A stretch of DNA of 64,000 nt from positions 1,146-65,145 of the forward strand of contig JBJMMR010000073.1 in the NCBI GenBank assembly GCA_045804645.1, in the 5' to 3' direction. Below, one piece after another: positions 26,109-33,945 of the stretch (positions within the stretch are counted from its first letter, which is position 1; every line of letters begins with the position of its first letter). This stretch comes from Chloroflexota bacterium (GTDB lineage: Bacteria; Chloroflexota; Limnocylindria; Limnocylindrales; CSP1-4). The notes beneath the pieces are model-generated. The model was not told where the DNA came from, searched no databases, and saw only the letters and a program-made list of their open reading frames with translations. The translations under genes were made by a program, and so were the position numbers.

Positions 26109-27494
26109 ATGGCCGCACCCAGGCCACGCCGGGCCGCGGTCTGGCGAGGCTTTCTGATCGTCCCGATCGCGCTGCTCATAACGGTCGTATCGGTCGGATT
26201 CCAGGCGACGGCCGCCGCGACGCCGACCCCCGGGGTCGCCCCGACCCCGACTGCCACGCCGAGCGAGCCTGCCGGTGTCGACCCACTCCCGTCTGTCGCA
26301 CCGACCCCCGACGCGAGCCCGACACCGACTCTCGCACCCGGCCCCGGGCCGCAAGCCGGCGAGCCGCCGGTGGTCCGGCCCCCGGTCTCGATCACGCGGC
26401 CACGCCTCGCGCCACAGACGCGACTCGCTCTCCAGGCTCGGCTCGATCGACTGCGCCAGCGGTACGGCATCCCGGGCATCTCCGTCGCGATCGTCCTGCC
26501 CGACGGCGCGGTGTGGTCGGGCGTGAGCGGGATGGCCGACATCCACACCAAGGCACCCGTCAGACGTGAGACATCGTTCGCCATCGCAAGCGTCAGCAAG
26601 ACGTTCACCGCGGCGCTGATCCTCGCGCTCGCCGAGGACGGCATCGTCGACCTCGACGCGCCCGTCCGGCAGTACCTCCCGACCGTGAAGAAGATCTCGG
26701 TCAAGGTGAAGGTCCGCCAGTTGCTCGACCATACGAGCGGGCTTCGCGACTTCTTCTTCCACCCCTCGATCGACCACCAACTGCTGTCGCGTCCCGACCG
26801 TCGCTGGGACGGCACGCTCTCGCTCAAGTACCTCGGCAAGCCGTACTCGGCGCCAGGCAAGAGCTGGCACTACTCGAATACGAACTACCTCCTGCTCGGC
26901 ATGATCGCGGAGGCCGCCGCGAAGAGGCCGCTGGCCGACCAGGTCCGCGACCGCTTCCTCGAACCACTCGGGCTCGACGACACGTGGTACCAGCCCGAGG
27001 ACCCCGCGCCGACCGACGTCGCGCACGGTTACCGATTCACCTCGACCTCGACGGCCGCGCCGGCGATCGACCTGACCGACGGCACGCCACTCGTCCCGTT
27101 CACCTCGGTCGTCACGGCCGCCGGTGGCGCCGGCGGGTTCGCCTCGACCGCGCGAGATCTGGCGCATTGGGCACAGGCCCTGTACAGCGGCCACGTCCTT
27201 CGACCTGAATATCTCGCCGCGATGGTCGATCCGAGCACGACGGCGGCGCTGAAGTCATCGATCCCGTACGGCTACGGCACGCAGGTGGTCGAGATCGACG
27301 GCCGCCGGACGCTCGGCCACTCTGGTCGCCTTCTCGGCTTCCGGTCGGCCATACGGTATCTCCCGGACCAGGGCGTCTCCATCGCCATCGTGACGAACCA
27401 GAGCCGAACCGATCCCGGCCCGATCCTCCGGTCGCTGCTGCGCCTCGCGCTGACGCCCGTCGACCGAACGTGCGTCTGCCGAGTCCGTCGCTGA
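26109..27494 (+). CDS. Serine hydrolase, beta-lactamase class C / DD-peptidase family, N-terminal TM anchor and Pro/Thr-rich linker
   Basis: ATG at 26109 in tracked ORF 26049..27494. S-x-x-K motif IASVSKTF, YSNTNY (Y-x-N), HSG near the C-terminus. Confidence 0.8.
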   Translation: MAAPRPRRAAVWRGFLIVPIALLITVVSVGFQATAAATPTPGVAPTPTATPSEPAGVDPLPSVAPTPDASPTPTLAPGPGPQAGEPPVVRPPVSITRPRLAPQTRLALQARLDRLRQRYGIPGISVAIVLPDGAVWSGVSGMADIHTKAPVRRETSFAIASVSKTFTAALILALAEDGIVDLDAPVRQYLPTVKKISVKVKVRQLLDHTSGLRDFFFHPSIDHQLLSRPDRRWDGTLSLKYLGKPYSAPGKSWHYSNTNYLLLGMIAEAAAKRPLADQVRDRFLEPLGLDDTWYQPEDPAPTDVAHGYRFTSTSTAAPAIDLTDGTPLVPFTSVVTAAGGAGGFASTARDLAHWAQALYSGHVLRPEYLAAMVDPSTTAALKSSIPYGYGTQVVEIDGRRTLGHSGRLLGFRSAIRYLPDQGVSIAIVTNQSRTDPGPILRSLLRLALTPVDRTCVCRVRR

Positions 27495-27605
27495 GTCCAT
27501 GTCCGGGCGGTGGCCGGACCACCGGCGTCGGGTGTGAGTACGGATAGGTCACTTGTCGCGCGCGCGTGTCAGCGGCAGGGTGGGCGGCACACTCGCGGGG
27601 GCAGC

Positions 27606-28127
27606 ATGCCGATACGTGTCGACGCCTACATGGCCGGCGGGATAGCGCGAGGCATCCTGGTGCGGGCGGGCTCGCTCCGCGAAGTCCTCGAGCAGGACCG
27701 CGTCCTCACCTTGGAGCGCGTGCAGTGGCAACCTCTTGGTGGCCGCTCGGGACCGAGCTCCGGCGTATCGATCCCGATCGATGACGTCCTCGTCGCCGTC
27801 GGCGACGACGATCCCGGCACGCCGATCCACGCGAGCTGGCACCGGATCCGTCTGGAGCTCGGTGCGTACCTCGTCGAGGGGGAGATGCCGACCTTCCCGG
27901 GCTTCGACCCGGGGCGTGCCCTGACCCGCCCGAGCGGCGATTTCGTCCTGCTACGCGACGTTCGGGTCGGGCCGAGGGCATCGGTGGTATCCGCTGCGCT
28001 CGCTGGCCCGCACGCGCTCGTGAACCGCTACGCCGTCGAGAGCGTCGCGTGCGACCTGATGCTCGGTTTCTTCTTCCCGGGCGCCGAGATGATCCACGCC
28101 GATGTCGCCGAGGCGGGCGCCTCGTAG
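27606..28127 (+). CDS. Hypothetical protein (173 aa)
   Basis: ATG at 27606 preceded by a GGGGG run, inside tracked ORF 27510..28127. Coding-like composition. No family recognised. Confidence 0.5.
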   Translation: MPIRVDAYMAGGIARGILVRAGSLREVLEQDRVLTLERVQWQPLGGRSGPSSGVSIPIDDVLVAVGDDDPGTPIHASWHRIRLELGAYLVEGEMPTFPGFDPGRALTRPSGDFVLLRDVRVGPRASVVSAALAGPHALVNRYAVESVACDLMLGFFFPGAEMIHADVAEAGAS

Positions 28128-28174
28128 GGGAGCCGGCGATCGCGGCTCCTCACCGCGGGGGCGTGACGTCCCGG

Positions 28175-29482
28175 TTAGCGCCCTGGTCGGCGGCCGCGTC
28201 CACCGGATCGACCGGGGCCACCACCGGAGCCCACCCCGGCTCCCGAACGTGAGCGAACCGGCTTCCGCCGCGCGTGGTGCTCGCGGGTCACGTGCGCGTG
28301 CCCGTTGCGCATCCCCACCGGACGCGGCTCGACCGAGCGGTCGGGGACGAACCCCTCCTCGACGGTCCACGGGATCGCCTGCTTCAGCATCCGCTGGACG
28401 CCGCGCAACAGGTCGACCTCGTCGATACACACGAGGCTGATCGCCTCGCCGGTCGCCCCGGCTCGGCCGGTCCGCCCGATCCGGTGGATGTAGTCCTGCG
28501 GGTTCCACGGCAGCTCGAAGTTGACGACGACCGGCAGGTCCTCGATATCGAGGCCGCGCGCCGCGACGTCGGTCGCGACGAGGACTCGGATCTCACCGGT
28601 CTTGAACCCCTCGAGCGCCCGCGTCCGCTCTGGCTGCGACCGGTCGCTGTGGATGGCGACCGCATCGAGGCCCTCGCGGTCGAGCCGCGACGCGAGGCGC
28701 GAGGCCGCCAGTTTGGTGCGCGTGAAGACGAGGACCTGGCGCAGGTCGTCGGCGCGGATCAGGTGAGCCAGCAGCTCCTCCTTGCGATCGCGGTCGACGG
28801 GATAGACGAGCTGGTTGACCGCCTCGGCGGCGGTGTTCCGGGGCGCTACCTCGACGGTCGCCGGATCGCGCAGGATCGTGCCGGAGAGGCGCCGGATGTC
28901 GTCGGAGAACGTCGCCGAGAACATCAGGTTCTGACGGCGCTTCGGGAGCAGGTCGATGATCCTCTGGATATCGGGCAGGAAGCCCATGTCGAGCATCCGA
29001 TCCGCCTCATCGAGGACGAGCACCTCGACCTGCCCGAGGTTCGCCACGCGCTGACCGACGAGGTCGAGGAGGCGACCCGGTGTCGCGGTCAGGATCTCGA
29101 CGCCGGCGCGGAGTGCCTTGATCTGCGGCTCCATCGGCACGCCGCCGTACACGACGGCCGAGCGAAGCGGCACCGTGCGCCCATAGGTCTGCACGCTCGC
29201 GTCGACCTGCATGGCGAGCTCCCGGGTCGGAACGAGGATCAGCGCGCGGACGGGGTGGCGGGCCGGCGAGAACGAGTCGTTCGCGAGCGCGCGCAGCCGG
29301 TCGAGGATGGGCAGGGTAAAGGCCGCGGTCTTGCCGGTGCCCGTCTGGGCGGCGGCGAGGACGTCGCGGCCCTCGAGCACGAACGGGATGGCGGCTGCCT
29401 GGACGGGTGTCGGCTCGGTGTAGCCCTCGTCGGCAACGGTCTGCAGCAGATCGGCCGTCAGGCCGAGCGATTCGAAGGTCAA
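28175..29482 (-). CDS. DEAD-box ATP-dependent RNA helicase (RhlE-like) with Arg/Gly-rich C-terminal tail
   Basis: TTG start at 29482, 6 nt after AGGAG, in-frame in tracked ORF 28175..29839. Q-motif TPVQ, AQTGTGKT, VLDEADRM (DEAD), SAT, HRIGRTGRAG. Tail SGAGVGSGGGPGRSGGRGRRPGR. Confidence 0.9.
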   Translation of the reverse strand: MTFESLGLTADLLQTVADEGYTEPTPVQAAAIPFVLEGRDVLAAAQTGTGKTAAFTLPILDRLRALANDSFSPARHPVRALILVPTRELAMQVDASVQTYGRTVPLRSAVVYGGVPMEPQIKALRAGVEILTATPGRLLDLVGQRVANLGQVEVLVLDEADRMLDMGFLPDIQRIIDLLPKRRQNLMFSATFSDDIRRLSGTILRDPATVEVAPRNTAAEAVNQLVYPVDRDRKEELLAHLIRADDLRQVLVFTRTKLAASRLASRLDREGLDAVAIHSDRSQPERTRALEGFKTGEIRVLVATDVAARGLDIEDLPVVVNFELPWNPQDYIHRIGRTGRAGATGEAISLVCIDEVDLLRGVQRMLKQAIPWTVEEGFVPDRSVEPRPVGMRNGHAHVTREHHARRKPVRSRSGAGVGSGGGPGRSGGRGRRPGR

Positions 29483-29862
29483 GAGTTGCTCCTGGGATGC
29501 GATCCTTGCCGTCGGCTGGCGGGATCCGCGGGAGCGCGACGGCGGCGCCGGTCGCACGACATCGATCGCTGCGGCGAGGCGGCCTGCGCGAGCATAGCCG
29601 AAAACGGCCCTTGCCCTCGGCCTCGCGGGAAGCCACCAGCGCCAGCGGCGCGGCCGACATGGTGCACGGTGGCACCGAAAACATCCCACGACGCGCCCTG
29701 TGACGGGTCGGATGGGACTTCTGGCTAGAGACGGCCCCCACGATGGGTGCGATACTTCGACCGCGGACCCACCCCACGGAGTCCCGATAGACAGGCCCAA
29801 CAGAAGACTCGCCGCCCCCACGGCAGGACTTCCTGTCATCCCGTCGAGTCCGTACTCGACAC

Positions 29863-29996
29863 GTCACGTGCGCCCCCCCACGCATGTGGCACCCTCCTCG
29901 AGCTGCGCTCACCGCGGCTTCGATTGTCGTCGGCCCTTTGCGCCTTGCTCTGCCGTCGGGCGGCACCCCCACCGTCATCGCGTCCCCCACGCGATG
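29863..29996 (+). promoter_or_regulatory. Three hairpins with C-rich loops (candidate 6C-like RNA or 5'-leader structure; strand uncertain)
   Basis: H4 29863-29890: 8-10 bp stem, loop CCCCCCCA. H5 29959-29976: GGCGG/CCGTC stem, loop CACCCCCA. H6 29976-29996: CATCGCGT/ACGCGATG stem, loop CCCCC. Six CCCC(C)AC motifs lie between 29735 and 29990. Confidence 0.3.
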
Positions 29997-30020
29997 TTCC
30001 GGCAGAGAGGAGGCAAGGAT

Positions 30021-30869
30021 TTGCCGGTTTGGCCCAGCGGCGCCCAGCGGGCGTCCCTCCGCGGACCACATCGCGTGGTCTTCACCGCACTCATGGCCTT
30101 TGCGGTCATCGGTCTTGTCGGGCTTGGGAGCCCACAGGCGACGCGGGCAGCCTCGATCAAGGTCGTGGTCGTCGTCGGGCCAGCGGGTTCGAGTACGTCG
30201 AACTACCGCACCAACGCCCACACCTACGCGAGTCTCGCGCGCTCATACGGCGCATCGGTGACCGAGATCTACAGCCCCTATGCCACCTGGACGAGGGTCA
30301 AGCGCGCGGCGCAGGGCGCGAACCTCCTGATCTACCTCGGCCACGGCAACGGCTACCCGAGTCCGTACGGCGTCTTCCAGCGCTACACGAAGGACGGGAT
30401 GGGCCTCAACGCCACGTCGGGCAATGGCAACTACAACGTCAAGTATTGGGGCGAGTACTACGTCGACCGCGACATCCAGATGGCCAGGAACGCGGTCGTG
30501 CTCCTGAACCGCCTCTGCTACGCGTCCGGCAACTCCGAGTGGGGCTCCGCGAACCCGACCAAGGCGACGGCCATCCGCCGCGCCGACAACTACGGTGCGG
30601 GCTTCCTACGGACCGGCGCGAAGGCGGTCTTCGCCGAGGCGATCAACAGCATCTCGCCGCACATCCGGTCGCTGTTCACGACGAACCGGACCATGGACTC
30701 GATCTTCATGTCGGCGCCCAGCGCGAGCGGTGCACGCGACTTCTTGCTCAGCTCGACCCGGACCTATTGGGCGCGAGCTCACATGGACCCGCCGCAGGCC
30801 GGGAAGTACTGGCGCTCGGTGGTCGGCAGCCTGAGCCTGACCGCGAGTCAGTGGCGGGCCGGCGGCTGA
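30021..30869 (+). CDS. Secreted protein of unknown function with a caspase-fold-like His-Gly / Cys motif pair
   Basis: In-frame TTG at 30021, 7 nt after GGAGG. Signal peptide HRVVFTALMAFAVIGLVGLGSPQATRAAS. Beta-strand IKVVVVVG, LLIYLGHGNG and VVLLNRLCYASGNS. Confidence 0.65.
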   Translation: MPVWPSGAQRASLRGPHRVVFTALMAFAVIGLVGLGSPQATRAASIKVVVVVGPAGSSTSNYRTNAHTYASLARSYGASVTEIYSPYATWTRVKRAAQGANLLIYLGHGNGYPSPYGVFQRYTKDGMGLNATSGNGNYNVKYWGEYYVDRDIQMARNAVVLLNRLCYASGNSEWGSANPTKATAIRRADNYGAGFLRTGAKAVFAEAINSISPHIRSLFTTNRTMDSIFMSAPSASGARDFLLSSTRTYWARAHMDPPQAGKYWRSVVGSLSLTASQWRAGG

Positions 30870-30892
30870 CGCGGACTCGCTAGCGCGACGAA

Positions 30893-30918
30893 GAGACCCG
30901 GCTCCGATGCCGGGTCTC
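30893..30918 (+). terminator. Perfect 10-bp stem-loop after the secreted-protein gene
   Basis: GAGACCCGGC tccgat GCCGGGTCTC, 24 nt after the stop. No T-tract, which is common in high-GC genomes. Confidence 0.6.
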
Positions 30919-31081
30919 CCGCTATCCGGATCCCGACCGCGTTCGCGGTCATCCCGCAGGCGAGACGCCCGCCGCCTCCAGACACGCGGAGGCCCCGGCA
31001 CGACGTGGGGGGTACGTCGCGCGGGGCCGGGGGTCGGACGGCCCGTGGCCGCCCAGAGGTAGTGCGTCGGATCCGGAGGGG

Positions 31082-31198
31082 CTAGAGCGTCGCGGCGTGG
31101 GCCACGATCCCGAGGCTCGCGAGGATCAGCATCAGCAGGATGAGGATCGAGGGCAGGAGTCCATAGACGTCTGCCTGGACCATCGGCGTCGAAGGCAT
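31082..31198 (-). CDS. 38-aa hydrophobic micropeptide
   Basis: MPSTPMVQADVYGLLPSILILLMLILASLGIVAHAATL*. AAGGAG lies 6 nt upstream of the ATG. It is an internal start of tracked ORF 31082..31345. Confidence 0.4.
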   Translation of the reverse strand: MPSTPMVQADVYGLLPSILILLMLILASLGIVAHAATL

Positions 31199-31394
31199 CT
31201 CGGTCTCCTTTCCTTCGCCCGACCGGTCTGATCGGGTCGTCCATAGGTTCCGTCCATTCCCGCCACGCGCCAGCGGACATCCGTTCCGAACCCGCATGGA
31301 CAAATGACGCGCATGCGAGTGGGCGAAGGGCCGGTTGCCAGGCACCCGTTTGACGCGGCGCGGCCCAGCGCCACAGCGCGACTACCATGCACGC

Positions 31395-31964
31395 ATGCCG
31401 ACCACGATCGACCGCTTGCCGTTCACCGGCGATGACGCAGCGGACCGCCTCCTCGTCGAGGAACCCCTGGCACTGCTCATCGGTTTCGCGCTGGACCAGC
31501 AGGTCACGGTCCAGAAGGCCTTCAGCGGACCTGCCGAGCTGAAGCGCCGGCTCGGTCACCTCGACGCCGCGAGGATCGGGGCGACCGATCCCGCGACCCT
31601 CGACGCGGCCTTCCGCGAGCGACCGGCGCTCCACCGCTTCCCGGGCTCGATGGCGGGGAAGGTCCAGCAGCTCTGCGAGGCGATCGCGCGCGACTACGCC
31701 AACGACGCGAGCCGGATCTGGACCGAGGCGGCGGATGGTCCCGATCTCGAGCGTCGACTCCTGGCACTGCCGGGCATCGGCGAGATGAAGGCGAAGAGCA
31801 TCATCGCGATCCTCGGGAAGCGCCTTGCGGTCGACCTGCCGGAGATGGACAAGGTGATGCCGAAGCACCCGACGCTCGGCGACGTCGACTCGGCGGACGC
31901 CCTCGCTGCGTACCAGGCTGGAAAGCGGGCGAAGAAGGCTGCGCTCAGGGCCGAGAAGGGCTAG
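31395..31964 (+). CDS. HhH-GPD superfamily base-excision repair protein
   Basis: 189 aa from the ATG in tracked ORF 31335..31964. Helix-hairpin-helix LLALPGIGEMKAKSIIAILG. Overall Endo III-like pattern. Confidence 0.75.
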   Translation: MPTTIDRLPFTGDDAADRLLVEEPLALLIGFALDQQVTVQKAFSGPAELKRRLGHLDAARIGATDPATLDAAFRERPALHRFPGSMAGKVQQLCEAIARDYANDASRIWTEAADGPDLERRLLALPGIGEMKAKSIIAILGKRLAVDLPEMDKVMPKHPTLGDVDSADALAAYQAGKRAKKAALRAEKG

Positions 31965-32007
31965 ACGCGGTCCTCTCGCGGCGGGTCGGGATCACCGGGA
32001 GACACGA

Positions 32008-32035
32008 AACGACCCCGGTGGGAGCCGGGGTCGTT
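32008..32035. terminator. Bidirectional terminator hairpin between convergent genes
   Basis: AACGACCCCGG tgggag CCGGGGTCGTT, an 11-bp perfect stem. It lies between the HhH-GPD stop (31964) and the micropeptide stop (32056). Confidence 0.65.
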
Positions 32036-32055
32036 CGCCTGCGCTTGAGTCGTCG

Positions 32056-32196
32056 TCAGCCGACCAGCCAGGGCCGGTGGTCGCGTTCGCTGATGCCGGG
32101 CCGTGAGTCGACGCCAAAGCGGATCGACGCGATCGCGAGCAAGACGAACGGGACGATGACGATGATTGCCGTTCCAGCGGCCATCCAAGCGTCCAT
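32056..32196 (-). CDS. 46-aa single-TM micropeptide with GVDSRxGI motif (paralogue of 59482..59610)
   Basis: MDAWMAAGTAIIVIVPFVLLAIASIRFGVDSRPGISERDHRPWLVG*. AAAGGATGGGA lies upstream of the ATG. Divergent from the MocR gene. An alternative start at 32220 would add 8 aa. Confidence 0.55.
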   Translation of the reverse strand: MDAWMAAGTAIIVIVPFVLLAIASIRFGVDSRPGISERDHRPWLVG

Positions 32197-32249
32197 GTCA
32201 TCCCATCCTTTCAGGTCCATTTGACCGTTCGTTCGTGTGCCACCTTGAC

Positions 32250-32322
32250 AGTGGACTGGTCGAGGCCCATATTGGCAGCGATGACGGAGATGCCAAATAG
32301 CCATTCAGACCAAAGTGGACTG
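32250..32322. promoter_or_regulatory. Two direct copies of AGTGGACTG in the MocR/micropeptide divergent region (candidate MocR operator)
   Basis: AGTGGACTG at 32250-32258 and 32314-32322, 64 bp apart, within the 138-bp AT-richer intergenic region. Confidence 0.3.
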
Positions 32323-32334
32323 AAAAGGCAATCG

Positions 32335-33831
32335 ATGGTCACCGCGTCTGCCCTGGTCGAGCTGATGGGTCCGTGGGCCACGGGCGCCGACCCGCTCAAC
32401 GAACAGCTCGCCGATGCGCTCACACGGGCGATCGACGTGGGCCTGCTGCCACCGGGCACGCGGCTTCCCGCCGAGCGGGAGCTGGCGAAGGAGCTGGCAC
32501 TCAGTCGAACCACCATCGTCGCGGCCTACGACCGCCTCCGTCTCGCGGGTCTTGCCCGGAGTCGGCAGGGCAGTGGGACGCGGGTCGCTGCGCGTCGCCC
32601 GGGACTCTTCGATCTCGCTCCGACGCCGGCGGGCGAGACCGACATCGAACTCCCGGTCCGCGTCCGCGAAGGTGTCGGCTGGGCGAGTGGGGCCGTCCCG
32701 ACCGACGATCCCGACGCGATCCAGCTCACGATCGGCGCGCTGCCCGCGGGTCCCGCGGTCGGTGCATCCATCGAGACGGCGCTGCGTGAAGACGTGCCGG
32801 CGCTGCTCGGCGAGATGGGCTACGACCCATTCGGCTGGCCGCGTCTGCGCGTTGCGATCGCGGACCACCTCGCCCGCCTCGGTGTCCCCTCCGATCCCGA
32901 TCAGATCCTCGTCACGAACGGTGCCCAGCAAGCGGTCCACCTCGTCGCGGCGCATATCGGTGGGCCTGGCAGCGCCGTCGTGGTCGAGAACCCGAGCTAC
33001 ATCGGTGCCATCGACGCGTTCCGGACGACCGGCAACCGCCTGATGCCGATGCCTGTCGACGAGGACGGACCGCGGGTCGAAGTCGCTGGGCTGCTGGCGG
33101 CGAACGCGCCGGTGCGGCTCGCGTATGTCGTCCCGACGTATCACAACCCGACCGGCGCGACGATGCCCGAGAGGCGCCGGCGAGAGCTCGCGCGCGCCGC
33201 GGCCGAGTTCGACTTCTACGTCGTCGAGGACCTGACACCCGACACGAGCCTCGGGCTCGACGTCCCGCCACCGATCGCCGCCTTCGACCAGGGTGAGCGC
33301 GTCATCACGCTCGGCTCGCTGAGCAAGATCGGCTGGGGCGGCCTCCGCATCGGTTGGATCCGCGCGCCTCGCGCCGATGTCGATCGCCTCGTCGCCGGCA
33401 AGATCGTCGCCGACCACGCGACGAGCCTGATCACGCAGGCGATCGCGGCTCGTGTCCTGGAGCGCGTCGACGAGGTCGTGGCGTTCAGTCGAGAAGCCGC
33501 CGCGATGCGGCGAACGATCATCACGGACGCCCTCGCGGCAAAGCTGCCGGACTGGGACTGGGTCGCGCCCGAGGGCGGGCTGTCGATCTGGGTCCGGCTC
33601 CCCGACACGGATGCCGTCCAGTTCAGCCGGCTCGCTGCGCGCCACGGCGTGATCGTCCGTCCCGGCCCGCTCGCCTCTCCAGACGGCGGGTTCCGCGACC
33701 ACATCCGTATCGCCTACGGAGCGGATCCGGAACGGCTCGTCGAAGGCGTGGATCGCCTCGCCGCGGCGTGGACGGAGTACGCTCCACAGCCCCGTCGGTT
33801 CCCGCGGACCTCGCTGGCGGTCAGCGTCTAA
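32335..33831 (+). CDS. MocR/GabR-type regulator (GntR wHTH fused to PLP-dependent aminotransferase-like domain)
   Basis: ATG at 32335 (AAAGG upstream) in tracked ORF 32221..33831. HTH LPAERELAKELALSRTTIVAAYDRLRLAGL. AAT-like domain with PLP-lysine motif GSLSKIGWGGLRIGW. Confidence 0.85.
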   Translation: MVTASALVELMGPWATGADPLNEQLADALTRAIDVGLLPPGTRLPAERELAKELALSRTTIVAAYDRLRLAGLARSRQGSGTRVAARRPGLFDLAPTPAGETDIELPVRVREGVGWASGAVPTDDPDAIQLTIGALPAGPAVGASIETALREDVPALLGEMGYDPFGWPRLRVAIADHLARLGVPSDPDQILVTNGAQQAVHLVAAHIGGPGSAVVVENPSYIGAIDAFRTTGNRLMPMPVDEDGPRVEVAGLLAANAPVRLAYVVPTYHNPTGATMPERRRRELARAAAEFDFYVVEDLTPDTSLGLDVPPPIAAFDQGERVITLGSLSKIGWGGLRIGWIRAPRADVDRLVAGKIVADHATSLITQAIAARVLERVDEVVAFSREAAAMRRTIITDALAAKLPDWDWVAPEGGLSIWVRLPDTDAVQFSRLAARHGVIVRPGPLASPDGGFRDHIRIAYGADPERLVEGVDRLAAAWTEYAPQPRRFPRTSLAVSV

Positions 33832-33945
33832 GCGTTTTCTCGGGCCCTGTCGGCTGCGGGGCGTGACGTAGCGTCGCGTCGGCGCCCCACGATGGGGGAT
33901 CCGGAAGGTGGCGTCCGTCCACTCGGACTAGACTGGTCGTTCCCC

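Noticed and set aside
29735-29990. G-quadruplex on the minus strand formed by the six GGGGG runs
   Set aside because: The G-runs are separated by 20-80 nt, far longer than canonical G4 loops. Local hairpins explain the motifs better.
29994-30869. ATG 29994 as the start of the secreted protein
   Set aside because: It has no SD and lies in the 3' arm of a strong hairpin. The in-frame TTG at 30021 has GGAGG 7 nt upstream and still yields a complete signal peptide. ATG 29994 is not fully excluded.
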